DNA of 64,000 nucleotides from a virus (IMGVR_UViG_2671180724_000008); one strand, 5' to 3'. Shown: positions 38,961 to 49,153, counted from the first letter of the stretch. Notes: generated by a model not told the origin, from the letters alone. Program-made: numbers and translations.

Positions 38961-41276
38961 ATGATAAGCATCGTAAAACGTAACGGCCAAACAGAGCCGT
39001 TATCCGAAGAAAAATACAACCGCGTCGTAATGTATGGCGTAGAAGGCATTCGTGGTGTAAGCGCATCCGCTGTAGCAATGGGAGCTGCGGCCAGCATTTT
39101 TGATGGGATTACCACCAGCCAGTTGCATGAGGCTTTGGTTAAATCTGCCGCTGATTTGATCTCACCAGATGCACCAAATTACTCGCAGGTGGCTGCCCGC
39201 CTGAACATTTTTAAAATCCGCAAAGATGCCTTCGGTCGTTACGACTATCCGAACTTCTACCAACACATTGTCAAGAACGTTAACAAGGGCGTCTATGACA
39301 AGGATTTGCTGACACATTATTCATTTGAAGAGATCGAAGAACTCGGCAATTACATTAAGCCTAAACGTGACGATCTTTTTGGCTATGCAGCTACGGTGCA
39401 ATTGCAAAGCAAATATCTCGTTCAAAACCGTGTTACTGGTGAGATTCATGAGGGGCCGCAACATATCTATATGCTGGTAGGCATGTGTCTGTTCCAGAAT
39501 TGGGAAGACGACTGCGCTGGCAAAACACGTATGGAGATGGTCAAAGGTTTCTATGACGTTACAAGTACGTTCAAACTGTCTCTGCCCACACCAATCATGG
39601 CCGGCGTCCGTACTCCAACCCGTCAGTTCTCCAGTTGTGTGCTGATTGAGTCTGGCGATAGTCTGAAAGGTATTAGTGCAGCTTCAGCCGCAATTATCGA
39701 CTACGTTTCACGTCGTGCTGGAATTGGTATTGGTTTTGGCCGTATCCGTGCGCTGGGCAGCGAGATCCGCAATGGTGAAGCCACCCATACCGGAGTTATT
39801 CCATTCCTGAAGCATTTCCAGACGGCTGTTAAATCTTGTTCGCAAGGTGGTGTTCGTGGTGGCGCAGCAACAGCGTTTTACCCGATCTGGCATCTTGAAG
39901 TTGAAAGTCTGCTGGTGGTGAAAAATAACCGTGGTATTGATGAAAACCGCGTTCGCCATCTTGATTACGGCGTCATGAGTAACCGTCTAATGTACCGTCG
40001 ACTCGTCAGAAGCGAGAACATCACTCTGTTCAGCCCGCATGATGTGCCTGATATGTACGAAGCCTTCTTCACAGACCAGGATCTGTTTGAAAAGCTGTAC
40101 CATAAATACGAAGCCGATGATTCAATTCGCAAGAAGTCAGTACCTGCCATTGAGCTGTTCTCATCTCTGATGCAGGAACGAGCGTCCACGGGCCGAATTT
40201 ATATTGCGAACGTCGATCATATTAATGAGCATGGCGCTTTCATTCCTGCTCTTGCACCTGTCCGCCAGTCAAACCTGTGCATGGAGATCACTCTACCCAC
40301 TCGTCCACTGGCATTTACCGACGACCCGAACGGTGAGATCGCGCTATGCACTTTATCCGCTTTTAACCTCGGAGCCATCCGTTCACTGGAGTCTCTTAAA
40401 GAGGTGGCGTTCTATGCCGTTGCTGCACTGGATTCGTTACTGGATTATCAAGACTATCCGATGGAGGCAGCCGAAGTGCCTGCCAAAGCTCGTCGTAGCC
40501 TGGGAATCGGTGTAACCAACTTTGCTTATTACCTGGCAAAGAATGGCGTTCGTTATTCTGATACCGCTGGCAATAAACTGGTGCATGAAACGTTCGAAGC
40601 TATCCAGTATTACCTTCTTGATGCCAGCTGCCGACTTGCTGAAGCAAAAGGTGAGTGTGACTGGTTTGAGCAGACCAAGTACGCAATTGGTCAGTTGCCG
40701 ATCGACCATTACCGTTCTTCATTAGACGAAAGTGACGAAACCAACTTTGAGTTAAAGATGCCGTGGGAAGAACTGCGTGAACGTATTGCGAAATACGGCC
40801 TTCGCAACTCCACACTGACGGCACAAATGCCATGTGAGACTTCCAGCCAGATCACTAATTCCACCAACGGCATCGAACCGCCTCGTGGCCCGGTGTCGGT
40901 GAAATCTTCTAAGGACGGCATCGTTAAGATGGTCGTGCCTGAGTTTGAAAAACTGAAGGAACAGTATGAATACCTGTGGGATATGCCGGACAACCGCGGC
41001 TATCTGACAAAGGTGGCGATCATCCAGAAGTTCTTCGACCAGGCTATTTCAGCCAATACCAACTATGACCCTTCTCGCTTTGAAGGCGATAAAGTCCCAA
41101 TGATGACGCTACTGTCAGATTTGCTTCTCGCCTACAAGATGGGAGTTAAAACGCTTTACTACCACAACACCAGAGATGGGGCAGGAAAGCGTGATGACGA
41201 CGAACCGCAGAATCCACTGACGCAAGCTGTAGCCGTCGAGCCAGAAGATGAGTGCGACGGAGCCTGCAAAATCTGA
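38961..41276 (+). CDS. nrdA: Ribonucleotide reductase large subunit (class Ia, NrdA)
   Basis: 771 aa with N-terminal ATP-cone-like segment; followed by NrdB. Confidence 0.9.
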   Translation: MISIVKRNGQTEPLSEEKYNRVVMYGVEGIRGVSASAVAMGAAASIFDGITTSQLHEALVKSAADLISPDAPNYSQVAARLNIFKIRKDAFGRYDYPNFYQHIVKNVNKGVYDKDLLTHYSFEEIEELGNYIKPKRDDLFGYAATVQLQSKYLVQNRVTGEIHEGPQHIYMLVGMCLFQNWEDDCAGKTRMEMVKGFYDVTSTFKLSLPTPIMAGVRTPTRQFSSCVLIESGDSLKGISAASAAIIDYVSRRAGIGIGFGRIRALGSEIRNGEATHTGVIPFLKHFQTAVKSCSQGGVRGGAATAFYPIWHLEVESLLVVKNNRGIDENRVRHLDYGVMSNRLMYRRLVRSENITLFSPHDVPDMYEAFFTDQDLFEKLYHKYEADDSIRKKSVPAIELFSSLMQERASTGRIYIANVDHINEHGAFIPALAPVRQSNLCMEITLPTRPLAFTDDPNGEIALCTLSAFNLGAIRSLESLKEVAFYAVAALDSLLDYQDYPMEAAEVPAKARRSLGIGVTNFAYYLAKNGVRYSDTAGNKLVHETFEAIQYYLLDASCRLAEAKGECDWFEQTKYAIGQLPIDHYRSSLDESDETNFELKMPWEELRERIAKYGLRNSTLTAQMPCETSSQITNSTNGIEPPRGPVSVKSSKDGIVKMVVPEFEKLKEQYEYLWDMPDNRGYLTKVAIIQKFFDQAISANTNYDPSRFEGDKVPMMTLLSDLLLAYKMGVKTLYYHNTRDGAGKRDDDEPQNPLTQAVAVEPEDECDGACKI

Positions 41277-41281
41277 CATAT

Positions 41282-41308
41282 GGTGGGGGGTATCCCCACC
41301 TTCTCTTT
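41282..41308 (+). terminator. Rho-independent terminator (GGTGGGG-ggtat-CCCCACC then T-rich)
   Basis: Hairpin after nrdA stop. Confidence 0.65.
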
Positions 41309-41381
41309 GATTTGTAAGCCTTGTTTAAACAAATAAGATAACAACTTGTTTAAACACATCAAAAAGCAAAAGGAAAAACAC

Positions 41382-42524
41382 ATGTCATATTCAACGTTCC
41401 GTTTGGGTGCTAATGATGCAACCAAAGAGCCTATGTTCCTCGGACAATCTGTCAACGTGGCACGTTACGATCAGCAAAAATACCGTGATTTTGAAAAGTT
41501 GATTGAACGTCAATTGTCTTTCTTCTGGCGGCCGGAAGAAGTTGATATTTCGAGCGATCGCATCGACTTCAATACGAAGCTGCGGGACCACGAACGCCAC
41601 ATTTTCCTGAGTAATCTCCGTTATCAAACGTTGCTCGATTCAGTTCAGGGACGTAGCCCAAATGCAACGCTGCTGCCGCTTATCTCTATTCCTGAACTGG
41701 AAACGTGGGTTGAAACGTGGTCTTTCTCTGAGACTATCCATAGCCGTAGCTACACCCACATTATTCGTGGCATGGTGGACGATCCGAGCATTGTTTTTGA
41801 CGGTATTGTTACGGATGAAGAAATCATCAACCGAGCGATCAGTATCTCTGCTGAATATGACAGGCTTTATGGGATGACATGCGAGCGCCAGTCGTTAGGT
41901 GAGAAGGAGTTTGAACGTCTGTACGTAAATGAATATGGCTGGGAGCCATACCCTTTGCACCGTCAGCTTTTCCGCACGTTGGTGTCCATTAATGCGCTTG
42001 AGGCGATCCGTTTCTATGTAAGTTTTGCATGTACGTTTGCCTTTGGCGAACGGAAGTTGCTTGAGGGTAACACCAAAATTATGCGCTTTATTGCCCGTGA
42101 TGAAGCTCTGCATTGCGAAGGAACTGAACGCATGATCCGCTTCATGCGTACCGGTCGAGAAGGTTTATTGTGGAAAGAGATTGCTGCTGATGAAGAAAAC
42201 GTCATTTACGACACCATGAAATCAGTCGCCGAACAAGAAATGAACTGGGCAGACTATCTCTTCAAAGACGGTTCGATGATTGGTTTAAACGCGGATATTC
42301 TCAAAACCTATGTAAAATACCGCACCAATCTGGCTATGAATCGTCTTGGCCTGAAGGCTTTATTTCCAGAAGTTACCACTGATCCGCTGGTCTGGATGAA
42401 CAAGTGGTTGTTAACCGACACACTGCAAATTGCACCACAAGAGGCAGAGCAAAGCACATATCTGGTAGGTCAGATCGATTCTACCGTGGATAAGGCTTCT
42501 CTAAGCCAGTTTGCAGACCTGTAA
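41382..42524 (+). CDS. nrdB: Ribonucleotide reductase small subunit (NrdB)
   Basis: Ferritin-like di-iron protein directly after nrdA; start set at 41382 by AAAAGGAAAAACACATG context. Confidence 0.85.
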   Translation: MSYSTFRLGANDATKEPMFLGQSVNVARYDQQKYRDFEKLIERQLSFFWRPEEVDISSDRIDFNTKLRDHERHIFLSNLRYQTLLDSVQGRSPNATLLPLISIPELETWVETWSFSETIHSRSYTHIIRGMVDDPSIVFDGIVTDEEIINRAISISAEYDRLYGMTCERQSLGEKEFERLYVNEYGWEPYPLHRQLFRTLVSINALEAIRFYVSFACTFAFGERKLLEGNTKIMRFIARDEALHCEGTERMIRFMRTGREGLLWKEIAADEENVIYDTMKSVAEQEMNWADYLFKDGSMIGLNADILKTYVKYRTNLAMNRLGLKALFPEVTTDPLVWMNKWLLTDTLQIAPQEAEQSTYLVGQIDSTVDKASLSQFADL

Positions 42525-42601
42525 ACCGATACAAAGCATTATGTGGCCTGGCAACGCTGGGCCACAATGGATCACAAGAATTAAGAAGGAACAAAACTAG
42601 C

Positions 42602-43471
42602 ATGAACTTTACCAAACTGACTGACCACCTGAAACTTGCCACCGATCGACTCATTGGATTTAAGCCAGAACCATATGAGTTGCATGAAGGTCATGGTGTA
42701 GCTACTGAAAGTATTTACAAGATGGTCGATCAGTTTCATGAACTCTTCCAGCATCCGAGACGCGTTATGCCGACACCAGAGCTGCTTCGTCTCCGTGCAA
42801 GCCTGATTCATGAAGAAGCTGTAGTGGAAGGTATTCCAGCCGCAATGAATGGGGATATTGAGCAACTGCTGGATGCAATGGCCGACTTTTTATACGTTGG
42901 TGTTGGTACGATGGTCGCCATCAAAGGTGGTATTTCTACCGGCATGACCTATTACACGCAGGAACAGAGCATTGATCGCTTTATGCAGACAATTTTTGTG
43001 CCTGGTAACACTGTTTTCGATGATATGGCAATGCCATTTCAGGAAGCTCGTGAGGCGTCATGTATGCTCGAAGAGCTGGCAGATAAACTTGAGAACAAGA
43101 CTGTTAAGGATTCTGAGCTGATTCAGGAACTGCGCCGTGTAATGAACAAAATCTATGTGGCGTGCATGATGACCTATCGACTGGCTGATTTCCTCGGTAT
43201 CAATGTCGTCGAGCTGGTTGGCGAAATTCATCGGTCCAACATGACAAAATTATGGCCTGCAGATGCCGAAGAGCGTCGCCATGCTGTGGCCAACTGCAAA
43301 TACGACTCTTCTGACCTGGGATTTCGCCATGCTGATGGCACCGATAAGATGATCGGTTTTCGAATTTCCGATGGAAAGATTCTGAAGTCTCCAACCTATA
43401 GTGATGTCGATTTATCCTCCTTTGTTGAGCAAGCTAAAGCCTCAGCAATGTACGGAATGATCAAAAAATAA
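42602..43471 (+). CDS. Hypothetical protein, possibly MazG-like nucleotide pyrophosphohydrolase
   Basis: Weak match to MazG EExxE...D pattern (LIHEEAVVEG ... DAMADFLYVGVG). Confidence 0.3.
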   Translation: MNFTKLTDHLKLATDRLIGFKPEPYELHEGHGVATESIYKMVDQFHELFQHPRRVMPTPELLRLRASLIHEEAVVEGIPAAMNGDIEQLLDAMADFLYVGVGTMVAIKGGISTGMTYYTQEQSIDRFMQTIFVPGNTVFDDMAMPFQEAREASCMLEELADKLENKTVKDSELIQELRRVMNKIYVACMMTYRLADFLGINVVELVGEIHRSNMTKLWPADAEERRHAVANCKYDSSDLGFRHADGTDKMIGFRISDGKILKSPTYSDVDLSSFVEQAKASAMYGMIKK

Positions 43472-43540
43472 TTGTAGGTAGTTATCTATCTGTGTATATT
43501 GCATTGGCGCGTTAAATTTCTGAAACAACTATTCGTTTTT

Positions 43541-43566
43541 GGTGGCCTATGGCCACCATTTTTTTA
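43541..43566 (+). terminator. Rho-independent terminator (GGTGGCC-tat-GGCCACC then TTTTTTT)
   Basis: Hairpin plus T-run. Confidence 0.75.
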
Positions 43567-43642
43567 TCTATCTGGTCTTGTTCGCTCAATAAATGTAAAC
43601 TCACATAATGAATAAGTAGTTACTTATCTTTGTGAGGTTTTT

Positions 43643-44746
43643 GTGTCACTCCTTTTGAATCGTGAGCATACGAACGGTCAGGTAACAAACGCATCGTATG
43701 CAAAAGTTATTGAGACGGTGCTTAAAAGCGGCGTGCAGGCTGATGATCGCACAGGCACTGGTACTTTAAGCACCTGCTACGTTCCCTCTTACTACATGCT
43801 TACTGGTGGGACTGTGCCGCTTATTTCTGGAAAGGCGGTAAATCTTAAGCCACTACTTGTCGAACTTGAGTGGTATCTGAAAGGCACGGGCAACATCCAA
43901 TTTCTCAAGGATAACGGCGTTAAGATTTGGGATGCATGGGCCGATGAGAATGGCGATTTGGGGCCGGTTTACGGTAAGCAGTGGCGTCGCTGGGAAGATA
44001 CCCGCATCGTGAGCCATAGTGAGTATCTGAGCAAGATCGATACGTTCCGTGAACGCGGGTACAAAGTCGAGGGATACCTGGGTATCAGTGAAGATCGCGT
44101 AGTGCTGTCCCGTGAAATCGATCAGCTACAGCGTATTGTCGATACACTGCGCACGAACCCTACCGATCGTCGCATCATGCTTAACGCATGGAACGTAGGC
44201 GAGCTTGAGGATATGAAACTGCCACCTTGCCACTTTGTCTTCTCTTTGTGGAGTCGTGAGCTTGATTTTGAAACCCGTTTAACGATGGCAACTGACATTG
44301 GTCTTCAACACAGTCGCCTCGGTTACGAGTCTATCTACACCAAGATGCTATACGATCTGGAGATGGTCGGCAGTGTTACTGAAACTGAACTGGATGAACT
44401 TGGAATCCCCAAACGCATCCTCAACTCCTGCCTCGTACAGCGTAGCGTAGACACTTTTGTTGGTATGCCATTCAATATTGCTGGTTATGGCATTCTCACT
44501 CATTTTCTCGCGAAGATTACGGGTCACATGGCCGGTGCCTTTGTGCATTTTGGCTTTGACGTGCATTTGTACAATAACCACATGGAAAGTGTGTGTGAGC
44601 TAATGAAACGACAGGCTCCAGAGCATTCAGATCCGGTCGTTATTTTCCCTCATGAATGGTCTGAGCTGGATGATTTCAAATGGGACGATATTCTGATTCT
44701 TGGCTATGACCCTCTACCGTGGATCAAGGTTCCAGTGGCGGTGTGA
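43643..44746 (+). CDS. thyA: Thymidylate synthase (ThyA) with two insertions
   Basis: Motifs DRTGTGTLS, LPPCHF, QRSVDTFVGMPFNIAGYGILT; about 100 aa longer than E. coli ThyA. Confidence 0.9.
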   Translation: MSLLLNREHTNGQVTNASYAKVIETVLKSGVQADDRTGTGTLSTCYVPSYYMLTGGTVPLISGKAVNLKPLLVELEWYLKGTGNIQFLKDNGVKIWDAWADENGDLGPVYGKQWRRWEDTRIVSHSEYLSKIDTFRERGYKVEGYLGISEDRVVLSREIDQLQRIVDTLRTNPTDRRIMLNAWNVGELEDMKLPPCHFVFSLWSRELDFETRLTMATDIGLQHSRLGYESIYTKMLYDLEMVGSVTETELDELGIPKRILNSCLVQRSVDTFVGMPFNIAGYGILTHFLAKITGHMAGAFVHFGFDVHLYNNHMESVCELMKRQAPEHSDPVVIFPHEWSELDDFKWDDILILGYDPLPWIKVPVAV

Positions 44747-44747
44747 T

Positions 44748-45161
44748 ATGGCAAGAGGTATGTATGTCTTATGCGAAATTGAAGGTGTGCTGGCAAATAC
44801 CAGCCATCGTAAATCTGTATCTGACGCGGATGCAGGCCAGCTCATTGCCGGTGATGAACTCATTTTCCCTACCAGCCGTATGTTGCGTGGTTTTGCTCGC
44901 TCAGGGGCTGAAGTGGTGCTTATCAGTAGCCGCTCTGAAACCCTTGAAGCGCCCACTAAACGATGGCTGAAAGATTTTGGTGTTGATTACGACTGGCTTC
45001 ATCTCGTACCGAATGGCATCAGTTATGAGAAGCATATTAAGCGCACATTAGCGGAGCATAAAGGCGATCTGCTTATCGCTGCGCTGGTGCACGATCCTCG
45101 ACTCCGTGCCGCTTTAGCTGACTCTCATCATAGACCGGTCATCTATGAGGTGGGCAAATGA
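44748..45161 (+). CDS. Hypothetical protein
   Basis: In-frame ATG at 44748 just after thyA stop; stop overlaps DHFR start. Confidence 0.45.
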   Translation: MARGMYVLCEIEGVLANTSHRKSVSDADAGQLIAGDELIFPTSRMLRGFARSGAEVVLISSRSETLEAPTKRWLKDFGVDYDWLHLVPNGISYEKHIKRTLAEHKGDLLIAALVHDPRLRAALADSHHRPVIYEVGK

Positions 45162-45634
45162 AGATGATAGCTGCTGTTGGCCGTAATTATGAGATCGGTA
45201 GAGCGAACGAACTGCCCTGGCGTTGCTCTACCGATCTGAAGCTATTTAAGAGACTCACCAAAAACGCCACTGTCGTTATGGGACGTAAAACGATGGAAAG
45301 TCTCAAACGCCCTCTTCCAGAGCGTCATAATCTCGTTTTGACGCGCTCTCATGGCTTTGTACCAAATGGATTCTACCCTGCTGGTGTGGATGATGTGTTG
45401 CGATTACCAGAGCCTGTGTGGGTGATTGGCGGGGAACAAATTTACTCGCTATTCATGCCGCATGTTGAAGAGATTTGGCTCTCCCACATCGGCGTTGATG
45501 TACCAAACGCTGATGCATTCTTCCCGGCAAGCATGATGCGTAACTTAGGCTTTGTGCCTGTTGAAACAGCTTATACCCAACGAGCCAGCGAGGAAGAGCC
45601 TGGCTTTTCGCAGATCGTATACAGAAGGTCGTAA
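45158..45634 (+). CDS. folA: Dihydrofolate reductase
   Basis: N-terminus MIAAVGRNYEIG...LPW and VVMGRKTMESL resemble FolA. Confidence 0.85.
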   Translation: MKMIAAVGRNYEIGRANELPWRCSTDLKLFKRLTKNATVVMGRKTMESLKRPLPERHNLVLTRSHGFVPNGFYPAGVDDVLRLPEPVWVIGGEQIYSLFMPHVEEIWLSHIGVDVPNADAFFPASMMRNLGFVPVETAYTQRASEEEPGFSQIVYRRS

Positions 45635-46278
45635 TGGATTACCGGATTGGGATCACTGGTGCTCAGGGCAGTGGGAAAACAACCCTGGCTAAATATATCG
45701 ACAAACATTACGGAATCCCTTACGTGGATGCTGGTGTCGGAAGTTTGATGAGCCGCCTCGGTGTTCGAGTAGGTGAGTCTATGCCTCTATATGAGCGGCT
45801 TCAGATTCAAATGGAAATAGCAAAGCATATAGAGCTACTTACGCGTGGTGTTGAAGGCTTTGTTATCGATCGTACACCTGCTGATGTTATGGCCTACACG
45901 TTGGATTTGGTCGGCCATACAAATGAAGAGCGGTGTATTGAGTTAGCCCTCGATATCGAAAAGTTTTGCCACAAAACTGCCATTTCAAACTTTAACGCCA
46001 TTGCTGGCTTACGCCCGGGAGTCGCTCTCTCAGAGCGAGATTACTTGCGATCACAACGAGCATCATTAGACCGTCTGTATGTTGCTCGTATTGATGCGTT
46101 GATGTGCGGGGAACTGACAAAAATTCACCTGCATCCGCAAAGGGGAGATCTGCAAACCTTCGTCGTTTCCAACCGATATCGCACGGTTGAAGCAAGAGCC
46201 AGATCAGTGATGAGAATGCTAGATAACGCTGTAGAAAAGATAGAAAACCGGTTCTGTGGCCGAGTGACCGTTCATTAG
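45634..46278 (+). CDS. P-loop NTPase, putative (deoxy)nucleoside monophosphate kinase
   Basis: Walker A GITGAQGSGKTT at N-terminus; context among nucleotide-metabolism genes. Confidence 0.5.
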   Translation: MDYRIGITGAQGSGKTTLAKYIDKHYGIPYVDAGVGSLMSRLGVRVGESMPLYERLQIQMEIAKHIELLTRGVEGFVIDRTPADVMAYTLDLVGHTNEERCIELALDIEKFCHKTAISNFNAIAGLRPGVALSERDYLRSQRASLDRLYVARIDALMCGELTKIHLHPQRGDLQTFVVSNRYRTVEARARSVMRMLDNAVEKIENRFCGRVTVH

Positions 46279-46339
46279 AAATTGTTCGCCTCTTCTACAT
46301 TGCGACAATAAAACTCTCAAAATGGGTTAAGGATAAAAA

Positions 46340-46759
46340 ATGTTTAGTGAAATGTTGCTTGAAGATGAACTGGATCGGAAAACAACAGAGGCTTTGATTC
46401 GTGTGGCGGACGAACATTCTCGGTCGTTTATGAGCGATCGAGAGGCTCGTCTGGCTATTCGTGCCATATTCGAAACTGCGCAAGGGCTTGTTGGCGCACA
46501 AGTAGGTGAAGCCATTAACATCGCCATGTCTCAGTTCAGTGAAGGCAGTAAAAAGCCTCTGTTTCCTATGCATTTGATGCTGGCTGGTGGCACGGTGCTT
46601 TATATCTCTGTTTGTCTGGATAGCAACCAAATCAATATTCTCAACACTGCGTCAGGTAAGTGGAAAGATCCGATTGTCTGTGAAACCAGTGAAGAAACTT
46701 TGAAAAAAGCGGCTCAATTTGTACGTAGCGCACTACTTAAGGGCGCTAAGAAGTTGTAA
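46340..46759 (+). CDS. Hypothetical protein
   Basis: 139-aa ORF. Confidence 0.45.
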   Translation: MFSEMLLEDELDRKTTEALIRVADEHSRSFMSDREARLAIRAIFETAQGLVGAQVGEAINIAMSQFSEGSKKPLFPMHLMLAGGTVLYISVCLDSNQINILNTASGKWKDPIVCETSEETLKKAAQFVRSALLKGAKKL

Positions 46760-46768
46760 GGAGTTCTG

Positions 46769-47326
46769 ATGACAACGATTGTTGCAGGCATCGATATCGA
46801 GTCTACGGGACTGGATTTCCTTGCTGGTCATAAAATTATTGAAATCGCAATTACCCGCTATGAACTGGAGACACAGAGACATATTGATAGTCTGGAGATG
46901 CGTTTTAACCCTCGCAGAAACATAGATCCGAAAGCTCAAGCCGTTCATGGCATTTCATTGGAACAGCTCGCAGCTGAACCTTTGTTGTCAAATCATGCCA
47001 GCGAAATTGGCGCTTATATGGGGGCATGTAGTGCGTGGATTGCTCATAACGGCGAAGCGTTTGATATACCATTTATTCGGCACGAGTTTTCAGGGTATGG
47101 AGTAAGACTGCCAGACGTTCCTGTTATAGATACTATGTTATCGGGATTGTGGGCCACAGAAGACGGTAAACGCCCCCGCCTTGAAGAGTTGGCCTTCTCT
47201 CTTGGCTTTATATACGATCATGCCAAAGCACATAGTGCCTTATATGACACAAACTTAATGATGCAATGCTTCTTTAAGGCACGTAATAAGTACGGATTTT
47301 TTAAATTACCCTCTGAAATTGTGTAA
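46769..47326 (+). CDS. DnaQ-like 3'-5' exonuclease (DEDD), candidate proofreading subunit
   Basis: Exo motifs DIESTGLD, HNGEAFDIPF, HSALYD. Confidence 0.8.
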   Translation: MTTIVAGIDIESTGLDFLAGHKIIEIAITRYELETQRHIDSLEMRFNPRRNIDPKAQAVHGISLEQLAAEPLLSNHASEIGAYMGACSAWIAHNGEAFDIPFIRHEFSGYGVRLPDVPVIDTMLSGLWATEDGKRPRLEELAFSLGFIYDHAKAHSALYDTNLMMQCFFKARNKYGFFKLPSEIV

Positions 47327-47330
47327 AACA

Positions 47331-47368
47331 AAAGCCTACTTTAAAAAGTTTAAAGTAGGCTTTCTTTT
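47331..47368. terminator. Bidirectional terminator (AGCCTACTTT ... AAAGTAGGCT flanked by A-run and T-run)
   Basis: 10-bp stem with T-runs on both strands. Confidence 0.7.
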
Positions 47369-47484
47369 AAAGAACAGTCGCCTTTCAATCATTTCCTGCC
47401 TGTATTTAATACTTTTCCGCCTGATAGGTTTAGTCAAAATGTAGCCATCGAAACGCAAATGTAACCAAACAGAAGGAGACTTAC

Positions 47485-48294
47485 ATGAGTTCGGTTGAAA
47501 ATGTAATGACAAATGATGATCTGGACGAGCTGACAGCCATGTTGCAATCACTTGATGAACCAGTAAAAAAAGCTGCACAGGTTGAAAATACTGATGATAT
47601 TGACGATCTGCTGCTCGGCCTCGATGCTGGCGTAGCCATGAGTTCTGATGATGTTGCCGAAGAACTGTTCAATGAAGAAAAAGCAGGTGATTTCAGCTCT
47701 GCTTTAAATGAGTTGGAGTTAGCGCATGAGCCTATAAACGTAATTAACGCTGAAAGTGGTGAAGCTGCCGAAAATGAGCCAGAACAGTTGGGGATCATTG
47801 AGGTTGAAGAGTGTGTTGAGGTTAATGATGAATTAAAAGTTCAACAGTCAAATGATAGCAATACAAATAAAAAAACTCGTGCTGCAAGAGGTCCTCGTTT
47901 TACTTTAAGTGATAAAGATGATTCGTTTTTCAATAAAGCAGGCTTAGAAAAAGATATTTTCTTAGACGCTTACGAAAACGCGCCTGTCAAAGCGAAGGAT
48001 AAGATATTAAACCTTCTTAATTGGTTTAGCGGAGGTCCAGATATTAGTGTTTACACGGTAATTTCCATGAGACACCTTCTTACAGAAAAGAAGGCTACAA
48101 GTAATAGTATTAAGATTGCTTTAATGAGCAATCCAGAAAAACCGTATCCGCTTAACACTGCGTCAACTCAGGCTGGGCAAATGATGGCTGTATTTCCAGC
48201 TACAGGAATTGCCGTTAGAGACGGTGGAAATCTAACATTGAACGAAGAATCACCGATCGTTAAGAAGTTTGTCGCGGAGTACACTATTGGATGA
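47485..48294 (+). CDS. Highly acidic protein of unknown function
   Basis: N-terminal about 110 aa very rich in D/E; C-terminal half AT-rich; sits upstream of the Dam-type methyltransferase. Confidence 0.5.
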   Translation: MSSVENVMTNDDLDELTAMLQSLDEPVKKAAQVENTDDIDDLLLGLDAGVAMSSDDVAEELFNEEKAGDFSSALNELELAHEPINVINAESGEAAENEPEQLGIIEVEECVEVNDELKVQQSNDSNTNKKTRAARGPRFTLSDKDDSFFNKAGLEKDIFLDAYENAPVKAKDKILNLLNWFSGGPDISVYTVISMRHLLTEKKATSNSIKIALMSNPEKPYPLNTASTQAGQMMAVFPATGIAVRDGGNLTLNEESPIVKKFVAEYTIG

Positions 48295-48370
48295 CGTTCC
48301 CCTACTGAAAATAAAGCCCATAGAGAGCTTTATAGTGCTGGGTAAGCTAATCACATACCCAGCACCATAA

Positions 48371-48418
48371 AAACGCGCCAGAGAGCTTCTTGTTCGCATT
48401 TCTGGCGCGTTTTATTTG
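48371..48418. terminator. Bidirectional rho-independent terminator (ACGCGCCAGA ... TCTGGCGCGT then TTTTATTT)
   Basis: 10-bp GC-rich stem plus T-run. Confidence 0.75.
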
Positions 48419-48477
48419 ATTGCCATACATAAAATCAAATGCAAAAATAGGTAATCACTTACCTATCGAGAAAGAAG

Positions 48478-49071
48478 ATGATTGCAGCCGAAAAAATCAA
48501 ACAGCGAAAGCGCGACAACTCTCTTCGTGACCTCTGGAGAACACCTGATTGGCTGTTTTCTGCCATTCAACGTTATCTTGGAGTGACATTTGATGTTGAC
48601 GTTGCCTGCAACAAGGACAATGCAAAGCTGCCTAATTTCATAGGCATTGAGCGTGATGCTTTGAAATCTGAATGGGGACAGCCAGGTACAATTGCCTTCC
48701 TCAATCCACCCTACTCCAAAATCTCCCCCTGGATTGATGCGGCTATACGTGAGCAGGCTCGCGGAGTTACAACAGTGATGCTAATTCCTCAATCCCTCGA
48801 TACAAAGTGGTATGAGCGTGCAACAGAGTATGCGAATGAGACGATTATTCTGTCTGGTGGCCGCGTAGCGTTTGTCGAGCCTGACGTCAATTTGGGTCAG
48901 GTAGAAGTAAACATCAACCCCGGTGGCAGTATGCTCGTTGTTTTTCGAGGATTCTGTCAGGACGCTGGGCACTCTATAAGCAAGATCCCTTTGGACGTCA
49001 TGAAAAGTCTGGGAGGGTATGATCCTGCGAATGTGGTCAGGAAAAAAAGACCATCAAAGAAGGCTGCTTAG
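48478..49071 (+). CDS. Phage-type DNA N6-adenine methyltransferase (Dam family)
   Basis: WRTPDWLF, FDVDVA and NPPYS motifs. Confidence 0.8.
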   Translation: MIAAEKIKQRKRDNSLRDLWRTPDWLFSAIQRYLGVTFDVDVACNKDNAKLPNFIGIERDALKSEWGQPGTIAFLNPPYSKISPWIDAAIREQARGVTTVMLIPQSLDTKWYERATEYANETIILSGGRVAFVEPDVNLGQVEVNINPGGSMLVVFRGFCQDAGHSISKIPLDVMKSLGGYDPANVVRKKRPSKKAA

Positions 49072-49094
49072 TTTGTTCTGGCGAGTGTAATTAA

Positions 49095-49153
49095 CCTGCT
49101 TCTGTAAATAAATAACTACATATTAATTATTAATATACGGAAGCAGGCTGTTT
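49095..49153. repeat. Long hairpin element (CCTGCTTCTGTA, AT-rich loop, TACGGAAGCAGG); second copy of the 2401-2458 element
   Basis: Near-identical 12-bp stems. Confidence 0.5.

Noticed and set aside
41346-41381. Track start of the NrdB ORF at 41346
   Set aside because: The conserved AAAAGGAAAAACACATG initiation context and the NrdB N-terminus point to the ATG at 41382.
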